From: Obrimoposthia wandeli
Lineage: Eukaryota
Direction of reading: 5' to 3'
DNA: 64,000 nt
NCBI GenBank assembly: GCA_977020255.1
Contig: CDROCS010005826.1
Coordinates: 62,001-126,000, forward strand
Part shown: positions 1 through 10,756 of the stretch, one piece after another
Layout of the letters: every line of letters starts with the position of its first letter
How positions within the stretch are numbered: position 1 is the stretch's first letter
Program-made: the position numbers and the translations under genes
The notes under the pieces: model-generated
The model's database searches: none
Told to the model about the DNA's origin: nothing
What the model saw: only the letters and a program-made list of their open reading frames with translations

Positions 1-54
1 AGAAAAAACAAAATACAAGATAAAAATTCATATCAATACATTTATTAAAAAATC

Positions 55-461
55 TAATATAAAACATCATATTAGCTTCACTCAAAGTCGAAAAGACTGT
101 ATTTTCCCATCATTAGCATAATATCCATTGAGCCATATTGAAATATTCCATAGTTCTTCCTCTAAAATTGAAGTAATCAAATAACCTAGGTCATCTCTAA
201 AAGCCAGTCTGGGATCAGTTTCAAGCTGGAAAGAATTTTCTTCGTATACATACCAGGTATGTAAAATTCAAAAATATTTTTCATTTGATCAATATCAGAT
301 GTTGTTATAATTTCAATTCGATATTTATTTTCCACTTTTGATATTTTCACAGGATTCAAAACTCGTATAATTTGATGTCTCTTTAATATATTACATGGTT
401 TTCCTTTTGAAATTCTTACAGAAAAATTAAAAAATCCTAAAGATCTCAGAAGAGGATACAT
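55..461 (-). pseudogene. Degraded orthologue of the 18193..18645 paralogue-1 gene
   Basis: RISKGKPCNILKRHQIIRVLNPVKISK matches RISKGKLCNILKRHQIIRVMNPVKISK; frameshift near 190. Confidence 0.85.
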
Positions 462-823
462 TCTAAAATAAAGAAACTGATAAAAAACAATATTTATAAA
501 ACAATATTTATTTAAATAAGAAACGAATATTATGGTATAAAAATTAAAACTGATTACAATTTATTACATGGAATATACAAATGAAAAGAAATTGTTAAAA
601 ATACAACAACAAAAACATAAGGATATGAGCATGTTCAATTTTCCACATAGGCAGCTTTGTTTCAATTTCATTTCTGTAATCATAAAGTCGAATTGTCCAT
701 TGCTTTTTTCGGAAACGCATCAACATCTACTTCATTTTTGTATTTCATCAACAGTATTGCTGGTGATATACTTTTCATTAAGTAACTTCTATGATAATAT
801 AATCAATATTAAAATAAAATAGT

Positions 824-1400
824 ATATGTGAGAAAGCAGAAAAATAATTCTGTATTTCAAATAGTTGGTCCAGCGGAAGTGGGAAGACACATTTCGTATG
901 TAAATTATTACAAAATGAAACTCTTTTCAATTCAAGTTTCGAAAATATTTATTGTCATCATGGTGAGCAGGGGAAGGCCAGCTTACCCAAACAAAAGTTT
1001 GAAAGTGGAAGGGAATAAAATTTATTGAAGGATTTGATGCGAATTGGTTGGAAAGATTGAAATAAGAAGATGTAATAATTATTGATGATTTGTATAAAGA
1101 AGCTAACAAGGAATCGAACTTTAATCATTTATTTACGAAAAATGCAATACATAGCGAAGTAACAGTTATATTTATCACTCAAAATTATTTTCACCAAGGA
1201 AGTTATCATAGAACCAGAAATCTTAATTTACATTAATTAGTATTATTTAAAAATTCTAGAGATCAAACAGTTGTATATTTTGTGACCAAACAAGCATTTC
1301 CCCCGAATAAGAACTTTCTAGTTGCTAAACAAACATATGGCTTTATATTTATCGACTTTACACAAGCTTGCCCATATGATTTAAGTGTTTTAAGGGAATA
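824..1400 (+). pseudogene. Packaging ATPase pseudogene (copy 0)
   Basis: FQIVGP Walker A region, IIIDDLY Walker B and ITQN are homologous to 20297..20944; multiple frameshifts. Confidence 0.85.
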
Positions 1401-1689
1401 ACTGTTTATAAAACAGTCTGTAGTCCGAAGTAAAAAAAAGTTAAATGGCTTCGAATATAAACAATAAAAACAATTTTTTTAATGATGAAAGTAGAAAGAA
1501 GCATACCTTATTTTAAATCTTTGATCAATGCTTCTTCTCATAAGAAAATGAGTATTCTTAAAGCATTTTCATCTTTTGTTGTAGATGATTTATTAGAAGT
1601 TTCGTATAATCAGAAGTAGTAGACAGATAAAATCGTACTTTAAGAGATCAAAAAAGGTATTTCACAAAAGGAAATAAAAAGTGCATCCA

Positions 1690-2162
1690 AATTTTGCCCA
1701 AAATAATACATGCATATAATCACTCTGAACATAGAAGTCTCAAAAGAATCAGACCAGTAGATGTTACTGATAAAAAAACTCTATTGATATTTGGATAGGC
1801 AGGAATAAAAAAGAATATGTTAGAAAGATTAAATTTAAGGAAAACGAATATGTTCGAATTTCTAAAATGAGCTCTTCTTCATTTATTAAAAATTTTGATT
1901 AGAATCAGATCGATGAAATATTTTGTAAAAGTAAAATTGATCAAAAGAGTAATCCAATAATTTTTGCTATTAAAGATGCTGACAACAATATCATTCAAGA
2001 TAAATTTTACGAAAAAAAACTAAAAGTCATATCAAATAAATCTAAAATTTTCGTTTTTTATAAAATATTAAAATCTAAGGGTACTGGTAAACATAAACAA
2101 TACTTTGGTAAAAGACATAGTTATACAGATCCTACTTGGATATCAGCATATAATATAATATG
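1690..2162 (+). pseudogene. Integrase C-terminal/chromodomain fragment (copy 0)
   Basis: DNA similarity to 22100-22563, including the KGTGKHKQYF chromodomain region. Confidence 0.8.
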
Positions 2163-3140
2163 AAACCTTTGTATATGGTTTTACCTATTAACATATGCTC
2201 AAAGAGTCAGCTAGATAATGATGCTAGTAGCTTTCTTATCGGTTAGGAAAATCCTATAAATCTCGAAGGAGAATGGGAAGTGGCTTTAAAAGATTTTTTT
2301 TTATTATTCTCCAATAACTATCAGTAAATACTTACATATCTTTTTTACAAAAATGTTGAAGCAAATAATGTTGTGATCGGGTTTGATAGTAAAGGAAAAT
2401 TATTTTTCAAGTGCATAGATAAAAAGTGAAAGTAGTATTTAAAAATCAATTATAATTTATTCAATTGACATTTGAAACTAAAAAAGAAGCTGTTCAATTT
2501 GATTTTGTAATTAAACATATGGTAGATAATAAAAAACGAGACATTGTCTCATCTATGTCGGTTAAAAATGTTCCTGGTAGAGTAGCAAAACTGTTGTTAG
2601 CTGAAACAAGAACTAAAGACTTACAGAAACTAAAAAGGTTTTCAAAATATTATTAAATGGATAGTGAAGTTGATTTATGTAAATTTATAATGAAGGAATT
2701 TAATGAATATTGGGATAAATGTGTAACATTAGAAAATAGTAAGTTAATGTTTACAGTAAAAAGCAATATAAAACGGGTTTACTTTGATGATAAACTAGTT
2801 AAAAACCTTGGATTAACAGGAAATACCTTTGAAACACATACAGTGTAAACCATAAAATCTAAAAATCAAGCAAAACCTTTAAATGCTTTTAATCAGTTAT
2901 ATAATTATCCCTTTTAATAGAACAAATGCTTGTAGATATCTCAAAATCAAACTAAAATTAGGGAAGTTATCAGTATTCGTATAGATCAACTAATGTATCT
3001 TCCAGTTGCTCTTTTACCTATAAACAATATTGAAGTAATTATTAGAGATAATTCCAGACAATTAATATATTTCCCATACGGATTCAAAACAAGTTTAACA
3101 ATACATTTAAGAAAACGAAATGGCGAATCCGGCAATAATT
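2160..3140 (+). pseudogene. Penton (minor capsid) pseudogene (copy 0)
   Basis: Homologous to 22562..23623 (GEWEVAL, QLMYLPVALLPINNIEV, SLTIHLRK). Confidence 0.85.
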
Positions 3141-3494
3141 GAAGCTTATATTCAAAGCCAACAAGAGTGAGAATTACCATATTTTGTATCCAGCATTTGA
3201 GCACTCTACGGGTGCTTATAGAGATGTTCAGTTTTAAGAGGTCTTAAATGGGGTTAATTAGTATTTTGTGGTTGTAGAGTTTGGAAGCTTAAAAACACTT
3301 ATACATTACTTTATATAATTCATAAAGTCCTATGTAGTAATTTAGTGGCGGTGGGGAAGTACAATCGGTGCACATGAGGATAAATTGGGAAATTTCAGAA
3401 GCTACATGGTTAGACAAGAATCGTAGTCACCTACTCAAATTCACTCTTGATAGAATACAAGTATCCTATGCGATTAACTTTTCTATCTCAGTTC

Positions 3495-3628
3495 GCCACC
3501 TTGACCACCGTACCATCTGCCTCCAGGAAACTGCTCTGTGCAGTTGCAAAGTGTATATATGTCTCAAGACATGTATAGATTTTTATACACCTACGTGTAT
3601 GAAATTTCACTACACAAATCCACCTACT
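3495..3628 (-). repeat. Polinton terminal/subterminal sequence, minus orientation
   Basis: Reverse complement matches 59484-59700 (AGTAGG terminus, GTGAAATTTC unit, CTATACATGTC, GATGGTACGGTGGTCAAGGTG). Confidence 0.8.
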
Positions 3629-3779
3629 TTGTTTCACTAATGAATCTTATGCCAAACTCTCAAACTGATTGTAAACTGAGGAAATCTAAAGGTTTGAATG
3701 CAAATGATGAGAGTTATATTGAAAAAACACCAATGAGATAATTACTAGAATTTTCTGCAAAAGATGAAAAAAATGATTC

Positions 3780-3940
3780 AATGTTCAAATATTCCTGGTA
3801 TGAGCGAACTGATGAGTTGTAATGGTTTACCTTAACATGCAAGCAAGCCTCGAAGAAACGTATGGAAATTATAATAGGAACTTTCTAAAATCTTTTGCCC
3901 GATATGTTGATGATATATTTGTTATTTTTGTATTTTCTTC
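3780..3940 (+). pseudogene. Reverse transcriptase relic, possibly Penelope-like
   Basis: FARYVDDIFVIF motif at about 3894-3930, preceded by a YERTD-x-L-x-M-like segment; disrupted. Confidence 0.45.
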
Positions 3941-4490
3941 ATCAATTTTCTAGATTTTTTCAAAACAATCTTTAGGGGTGGGGCAGAAAAAATACCGCTT
4001 TCAAAATCTTTTGATAACTAAAAGTAGTTTCAATAAAATATAAATATATTCATAAAATACAATTAATATCTATTGTTGTCAATGATGTTTCTATCATTTT
4101 TAATGAGTCTTCAAGTTGCTTCCCCAATTTCTTTTTGAAGTAGTAAGAGTCACCAATAAACCGCTTAGGTTTCGTTTTAGCTCGCTCAAATTTCTAAAAT
4201 TCTCATTCTTGCAGAATGTTTCATGGTTTTAAAAAACAAACCGATCTCGAAGATTGAGGTCAGGCGAGTATGCAGGCTGAGATCATAAGCTAATTCCTGA
4301 TTTTTGACGAATGAGTATCATTGTTATGCATTTAAAATAAAAAATTCTCTATGTTTCTATTTGAATATTAGTTAATGTATTTTCTTCAAACTAAGTATAA
4401 CTCCTGTAATTTACCTTAAATCTGTTTATGGGTTGGTTTAAGAATTTATTTTATTATTTATTTTAAAAAATAATTTTATTCTGTTTTGTA

Positions 4491-4560
4491 AAAAACTTAG
4501 TTTATACAAAAATAATTGTTTGTCTTTCAATAGATATGAGGTTATTACTCATAGTTTTTA
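4491..4560 (+). tRNA. trnD: Mitochondrial-type tRNA-Asp(GUC) within the NUMT
   Basis: Acceptor stem AAAAACT/AGTTTTT, anticodon loop TTGTCTT, T-arm ATGAG/CTCAT. Confidence 0.6.
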
Positions 4561-4626
4561 TTTTAATGTGTCAGAGAAATGTTTAGAATTTAAGATTCTA
4601 ATATAATTTTAAAAAAGTATTGAAAA
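4561..4626 (+). tRNA. trnL2: Mitochondrial-type tRNA-Leu(UAA) within the NUMT
   Basis: Acceptor TTTTAAT/ATTGAAA; anticodon arm TAGAA-TTTAAGA-TTCTA. Confidence 0.65.
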
Positions 4627-4661
4627 CCTTTTATGGGACCCCTTTTTCTAGAAATATTTAA

Positions 4662-4725
4662 ATTTAAAATGTGGCTTTTGGCGATCTTCGAATCTCTCTT
4701 AATAAAGGTTTTAGTAAAGGTTTTT
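4662..4725 (+). tRNA. trnR: Possible mitochondrial-type tRNA-Arg(UCG), degenerate
   Basis: TTAAAAT...GTTTTAG acceptor-like pairing and a CTTCGAA anticodon loop with an imperfect stem. Confidence 0.4.
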
Positions 4726-4735
4726 AGGTTTTTAG

Positions 4736-4795
4736 TAAAGATTTAAGTATAAACTTCTAACTTCTTGTGCGGTAGGTTTTTTCCTACCATCTTTT
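4736..4795 (+). tRNA. trnS1: Mitochondrial-type D-armless tRNA-Ser(UCU)
   Basis: AAAGAT/ATCTTT acceptor, CTTCTAA anticodon loop, GGTAGG-T6-CCTACC T-arm, no D-arm. Confidence 0.55.
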
Positions 4796-4819
4796 TAAAT
4801 TTTATTAGATTTGTTTTCT

Positions 4820-5316
4820 ATGTTTGATTATAATTCTCATTATTTTTTAGTATGGTTGTGGTTTTTTCTTAGTTTTTTTTGCTTCCTAGCATATTCCAAT
4901 TTCAACCTTTGAATGTTTTGTTTAGATTTTGTAGTAATGTTTTCAGAAATTATGTTATACAAAAAGTTTTTTTTTTGGTTAATAAACTTTTTGGATTAAT
5001 TCCATTTTCTTTTAGAGTTACTAAACATATTTTATTGGGTCTTTACTCTATTCCTTAACAACAGATTTTAATAATATAATTGGCCATTTTGCTTTAGTTA
5101 AATTTTTGAATTATATTGAGGTTATAAGAGTTTTTATTCGACTTATTACACTTGCTTTACGCTTAACTGTCTAAATTTATGCAGAACATTTTTTAATATT
5201 TAATAAGGGGTGTTTTTTATGTCAAGTTCTTTTTATTTTATTATTTATTTGAATTAGCTGTAGGTTTTTTAAAAGCAATTGTTTGTAGTATGTTTGTTGA
5301 CCAATATGTAAATTAA
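4820..5316 (+). pseudogene. atp6: atp6 pseudogene (NUMT)
   Basis: Motifs N-x-LFGLIPFSF-S-VT-x-H and IEVISVFIRLITLALRLTV-x-IYAEH, and C-terminal FELAVGF...Y. Confidence 0.85.
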
Positions 5317-5319
5317 CTT

Positions 5320-5730
5320 TTATTTGAGTATATTTGTGCTTTTTTAGGGATTAATTTTTTATTAAAATACTTAAAAAATGTTTTTTTGTTATGTAATTAT
5401 ATAGAAACTTTTGGTTTAGGATTGTATTTTTTCTTCTTTATGTTGGTGGTTTATTATTTTTTGTTGTATTTTTTGGGTCTTAATTAACTCTTTTTAACCC
5501 TTCATTGTTTTTAAATAACACTATTACTGTGTTTTAGGTTTTTGAGTTTATTCTGGGTTCTAGATTTTTTAAGGGTTAAATTAAATTTTTTTTTTTTAAT
5601 TAAATTTTTCAGCGGTTTGGGGGAGTCAAAATCTTTGATCTTTTTAGGTATTTATATCCTTTTTATTTTATTTATTATAAAAATTTTAGTATATAGTACT
5701 AAAGGTGCTAGGCGTCCTTTACAGTTTTAA
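5320..5730 (+). pseudogene. nad6: nad6 pseudogene (NUMT)
   Basis: LLYVGGLLF motif at about 5434-5460; hydrophobic T-rich coding; ends KGARRPLQF*. Confidence 0.7.
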
Positions 5731-5739
5731 TTTAAGTTA

Positions 5740-6100
5740 ATAATCAAAGCTTTTTTTGTTATAAAATGTTCTAGGGGGTTTGATTAGACTTTCTTTACTT
5801 TATAAACGTTTTTAGGGTTTTTAGTATTTTTTACGTTTTTTGAGATTACTCCTGTTTTCAATTTAAATTTTTTAAACATTTTATTGATTTTTTTAAAATT
5901 ACTTTTCTTCAGATTTTGTTTTTAATTTTTTCTAGGGTATTTTTCTTTGTTTATTATTTTATTAACAAAGACCAAAGTTTTGGTGTTGTTCTTAAACGTT
6001 TTGTGGTTTCTATGGTTTTCTTGATTGTTTTTCCTGATTTTTTAGTTTTATTTTTGGTTGGGACGGTTTAGGTTTTAGCAGGTTTATTTGGGTTAAAAAT
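5740..6100 (+). pseudogene. nad5: nad5 5' fragment (NUMT)
   Basis: FGWDGLGFS-S-FI motif at about 6053-6090, characteristic of ND5. Confidence 0.75.
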
Positions 6101-6766
6101 TAAAAAAATCCCATCTAAAATTTCTCATATTGCAGTTTCTGTCCGATGAAATTTGACGATCAGAAGTTGGGCATTCATGGTCATCAGATTTATCTATTGA
6201 AACTCAGTTTCGTATTTTTGTTGGATATCGGATTGAAATCATATAAATCAATTTCTCGCCCCCAGCGCTTACATTTAGTTTAGAATTACGCTTGGATAGT
6301 TGAATTTGTCACTCTCACATCTGTACGCTTATGAGGAATCTATTGACCAGTTATAGAGCTTAACTCTAAATCATTGTGCCATATTTGCAGGACAAACGAA
6401 CGTGAAAAATCTGTTGCTTCTACAATTTGTGCTAAACTTATGTTGTTATCCTCTTCAATCATCCCTTTTATTACATCACATTAGCATCAGCTGACACTAC
6501 TGGTGTTCGCCTGGAACATTCTTTTCTCTCAACTGCTCCCGGAATATTTGTATTCTGATAATATAGCTCTTACTCGTCGTTCTTTAACAACAATTTCTAG
6601 ATCTAATTCATCCAGTAAATATCAAAGAATTTATGCTGTTGAGTGGTATGTAAGTATACGTATGTATGTGTTTGTAATAGTTAAATTAAACTTTTGTTAA
6701 AATAGTAAAATTGTTAAACTTGACGGTTGTTTAATTTAATAACTGTTCTTTCTACATAATATTATA

Positions 6767-8000
6767 CAGTAATACCCGAACAGTGCGGTTCCAAACAGTG
6801 CGGATTTCGTAAAATATCAGTAAATAAATAAAATATAGAATAAAACTATATTTAGTCCTTTAAAAATATCAATATTGATTTAAAGATGTATATATAATAT
6901 TCTTAAAACTCACATTTTAAAAACTATTCTTTCATCTGATATTTTTCCGAGTCCATACAAACTATAGTGGCTAACATTTGAAAATAAACTAGATGTTATA
7001 AAGTGTCATGAAGATGGTACATCATTGGCTAAAATTGCACGCGATTATAAAATAAATGAGTCATCTGTGCATGTCATTGTAAAGAAGAAACAACAATATA
7101 AAGATCATGGAATTGCTACTTCATCGTACATGTCAAAAAGAATTGCAAAAAATTGAGAGACAAAAACATGTTGAGCGACTTTTATTAATGTGGATTGAAG
7201 ATTGAAATGAAAAAAGAATTCCACTCACTCAACTTATTATTCAAGAAAAAACAAGAAAAAAAAAGTATTTTTAGCGCAGTTACCACTCAAAATGAAAATG
7301 AAGGGGCAACCTATACGAATACAAATGAAGAAACAAATGAAGAAAAATCTTTTAATGCGAGTCGAGGTTGGTTCAATCGATTAAAAGAACGTACAAAAAT
7401 TCATAATGTTAGAATTGTTGATGAAAGTGCTAGTGCTGAAGTAGAAACAGCCACAAAATATCGTGATGAATTAAAAAAATAATTGAAGATGGTAATTACA
7501 GTGATCATCAAATATTTAATGAGAATGAAACAAGATTGTTTTGGAAGAAAATGCCTACTCGAACATATTTAACTGAAAAAGAAGAAGCACAACCAGGGTA
7601 TAAAATTGCAAAAGATCGTCTGATTCTTTTGTTAGGTGGCAATGCGTCTGGTGAATTTAAATTGAAGCCTATGCTTTTTTAGTGGGCAAACAATCCAAGA
7701 TTTTCAAAAGGCTATGCCAAAATTACTCTCCCAGTATTTTGGCGATTGAATCGAAAGGCGTCGGAGATTTATTTGAATACTGGTTCACAAATTATTTTTG
7801 TCCCGCAACTGAACGATATTGTAAAGAAAGTGACATTGAATTTAAATTCTTTTGTTATTAGATATCTCTGTTAATGCTCGTTTTTAATGCATTTAATAAC
7901 TTTTAATTCTTTTATCGTATGTACGTATCGATATTTATTCAGTCCGGAACGAATTACTATTAAACCCATTATATAATGCATAAAACAGTGCGGTTCTATG
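6767..8000 (+). mobile_element. pogo/Tigger-like DNA transposon relic
   Basis: TA-CAGTAATACC start; degraded CENP-B HTH (SFNASRGWFNRLKER) and DDE_1 segments (IFN-x-xETRLFWKKMP, AKDRLILLLGGNASG); degenerate right end. Confidence 0.75.
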
Positions 8001-8340
8001 TACTTTAAATTATGTACTTTATATAAACATAATTATAGAACCAAAGGATACAGTTACTTTATAAATTCCTACTTACTTAAATTGATGCATTTAAACAAAT
8101 TCATACAGATGATTTATTTAGGTCATGACTTGGGATTTAAAATCATGTGCACAATAAGACATTTAATTTTCATTAATTATGACCTTTGGAAAAAGATGTA
8201 CTTGACCAAAACTTTAATACACACACACTTTTTTAATGCATTTAAACAAACATCTGCTCAAAACCGACATAATGATATACTCGAGAGACATTTTGAAAAT
8301 TAGCCAAAATAGTGTTAGAGGTTTTGCTAGTACCACGTAC

Positions 8341-8398
8341 ATTCCTTTGTTCTGAAAGTCACACTTGGGACCAGCTGGTGGATTTTCCCCCAGTCTCT
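8341..8398 (-). CDS. Putative host exon (RLGENPPAGPKCDFQNKG)
   Basis: Open frame bounded by TTTTTGTATCAG acceptor and GTACGT donor on the minus strand. Confidence 0.35.
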
Positions 8399-8468
8399 GA
8401 TACAAAAATATTAAAAAGTACCTTCGTTTTAACCTAAACACCCGTTGAAACTTAAATAGAGTCTCACC

Positions 8469-8809
8469 TGAAATCTAGTTCTGGCTTCATCAAAGTATCG
8501 GGTATCGTTGACGAAGATGGTATCGTCTCCCATTACGACCAGAAGTTTATTTTGAATGTCCTTGGCAGACTGAAAACAGTCGACACTGAAATTTTTAGGA
8601 TTGAATTTAAACCTTATGCTATCGAGATTGCGGTAGAAATCTTCAGCTATATCTTGGTCGTAGTCAACGCGGGAGGCTTCTGTATTTGACTTCCTCAATT
8701 CACCGTATTGAGAAATGAAATTTCGTTTCGGGGTCGTTGAGTGAATCTTTGAGTCATTATCGTTGGTTAAGTTCCACTTTAGACAGTGATATGATTTGAA
8801 AAGATTCAT
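8469..8809 (-). CDS. Putative host exon, unknown product
   Basis: Long open frame with higher GC, ending at a CAG|GTGAGA donor. Confidence 0.35.
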
Positions 8810-10148
8810 TATAAATTATAAATGTGATCAATATTTACTGAATTTCAAAAAATGATGATAATTTATGTCTAGATCAAATATCCCCTAACTGTCCAAAATC
8901 TCTCTCCCTATCCTAGCGTTCCCTAACGTTATTCTTTCCATATCTTAGATATCTCAGTGGGGACTAAAGAAGTTGATGTCGTTGTTGAGGCATGGGTTTG
9001 GGTTCAAAATAGATTACTAAAATCGAATTAATCTTTGATAATTAGTTGAGAAATTTGAATACGAGCACAGGTTGTTCAGTGATAGAATATGTGGCTTGCA
9101 TGTAGTACAACACATTGTCCAGTCCATGAACGTAGCATTTTTTTTCTTGACCCAAACATTTGATGCTTCCATTATTCGGACTCCAGATGAGCCAATATCT
9201 TGGAGACAAAAGGAAGGAATTTCCCATCTAGTTTTCTCCCAAACACTGACAAAAATCATTTATTAATTTTAAAGTGTGCACCAACAGTAAAAAACGGGTC
9301 GTAATCTCTTCCAATAACCCGTCTAAGCATTTATGAATAATGATTATGCACTTTAATTGTTAGTAACTTATTTAAAAAAATATTTTTCTTATGCATATTG
9401 ATATTATAAATATTAAAGAAATGATAATCAGTTTGTAAAATCCAATGTTCCACTAAAAATGTATATTTAAAAAATGGTTTAAAATTGAACTGTAATTGCA
9501 GATGCTTATTTGAATAATTGTAACGGGCAGTTTTTATACAATCGATATATTTTAGTGAGTATGTCTTCAAAAAAATGTTGATATTGACCAGCAATCAAAT
9601 ATACACTAGCATAATTCGGATTAATTTGTACAATGAACAAATTAAAAGCTATTTAATAAAGTCTTATTTTATCATGATTAAAATACGACCCATAATATAG
9701 TTAAACGATAATGATGTATAGTAGATAGCAGGATAAATTGAACTTCCCCTATGCGCAAATAGCAACTGAAAGTGATTACGCCATAACCAGAAGTGAATAT
9801 GTGTATACTGGAAGTCATTACATAATCATCAGGATGGTTATGTATTCATCAAGTGTGGTTGTCCACACCTTAACAGTCTGGCTGAAAAAGGTTATGGAGG
9901 TTAGAAGGTATGGTTGTGACCATTTAAAGGATTACGGCCAACCATATATAAAGGGATCGGACTAAATGTCATTTCAAGTTTCAAATGTCAAGATTTGAGT
10001 TTGTGATTGGGTTCATCTTTAGAAGGCGAGTTCAAACGTCTGGTCGACAACAGATGAAAATGTCAAAAAAAAGTTGAAAGTCAGAATTATAAAGGTTTTA
10101 GTACTTGCTTGTGTTTCTAAGAAATATGAATTTAGCCATGTACATATG

Positions 10149-10255
10149 AGTAGGTGGATGTGTCCGGTCTAATCCACACCCCCCTCCCCATTGTCCTTTA
10201 AAACCGTGCATGTGTGTGGAGTGAAATTTCGTGTAGGTGTGTGGAGTGAAATTTC
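10149..10255 (+). repeat. Polinton terminal inverted repeat (left end of copy 1)
   Basis: About 107 bp nearly identical to 17629-17735; begins 5'-AGTAG, as typical for Polinton termini. Confidence 0.85.
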
Positions 10256-10756
10256 ACTCCACACACATGCACGGTTTTAAAGGACAAGGGCGGGGGTCCC
10301 AAAATATTTTTTCGCGCCTTTAGGCGCGAAAGGCTCGGGACTCGTGTATATCACTAACTACCTTGGGTGATGGTCGAATGTCTCGGACTGTTGTATATCA
10401 CAGACTTCCTTGGGCGATGGGTGAAAGTCGATGGGTGTTGGACGGAAACACCCACCGACCACCACCCGCCCCTTTGGGGCGGGCTCTTTTCTCACGAAAA
10501 TAACTACAAATACATGCGTTACAGTATCACTTTACCTTTCACAACTACAAATGTAAACGACCCGTGTCATACCCAAGACCCTAACATACACCACCCGTCC
10601 CTTCGGGGTGGGCTTCATTCTTGATCTCCAGGAACGAAAAACATTACAAAAAATAAATGATTTGAATAAGAGGCTCTCATTGGACAATAAAAGAGGGTTA
10701 GTAAGATGTTTGTGTATATAAAGACACCTCTGTTCATTATTTTTCATAAATCAACA

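Larger units (their letters stand above)
1..3628 (+). mobile_element. Polinton/adintovirus-like copy 0, internally deleted and degraded; other end lies outside the window
   Basis: Collinear homology to 18190-23680 (paralogue genes, ATPase, pX-like, integrase C-terminus, penton). Ends in CCACCTACT (3620-3628), the reverse complement of the family terminus AGTAGGTGG. Confidence 0.85.
4400..6100 (+). other. Nuclear insertion of mitochondrial DNA (NUMT)
   Basis: Strong T/G skew, mitochondrial-type tRNAs and degraded atp6, nad6 and nad5, all on one strand. Confidence 0.85.

Noticed and set aside
5542-5730. Stand-alone 62-aa ORF
   Set aside because: It is the 3' part of the nad6 NUMT read in the standard code.
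4195-6135. Similar 20-mers (CTAAAATT..CTCAT..TTGCAG) either side of the NUMT as a target-site duplication
   Set aside because: Imperfect, AT-rich, and the left one lies about 200 bp from the NUMT edge; more likely chance or splice-acceptor-like sequence.
8796-8809. Shared ATGAATCTTTTCAA start with the 58962..59159 ORF
   Set aside because: Identity ends after 14 nt and the proteins are unrelated; treated as coincidence.
10465-10492. Rho-independent terminator (GC hairpin plus T-tract)
   Set aside because: Eukaryotic/viral subterminal DNA with no upstream bacterial gene; kept only as a hairpin.
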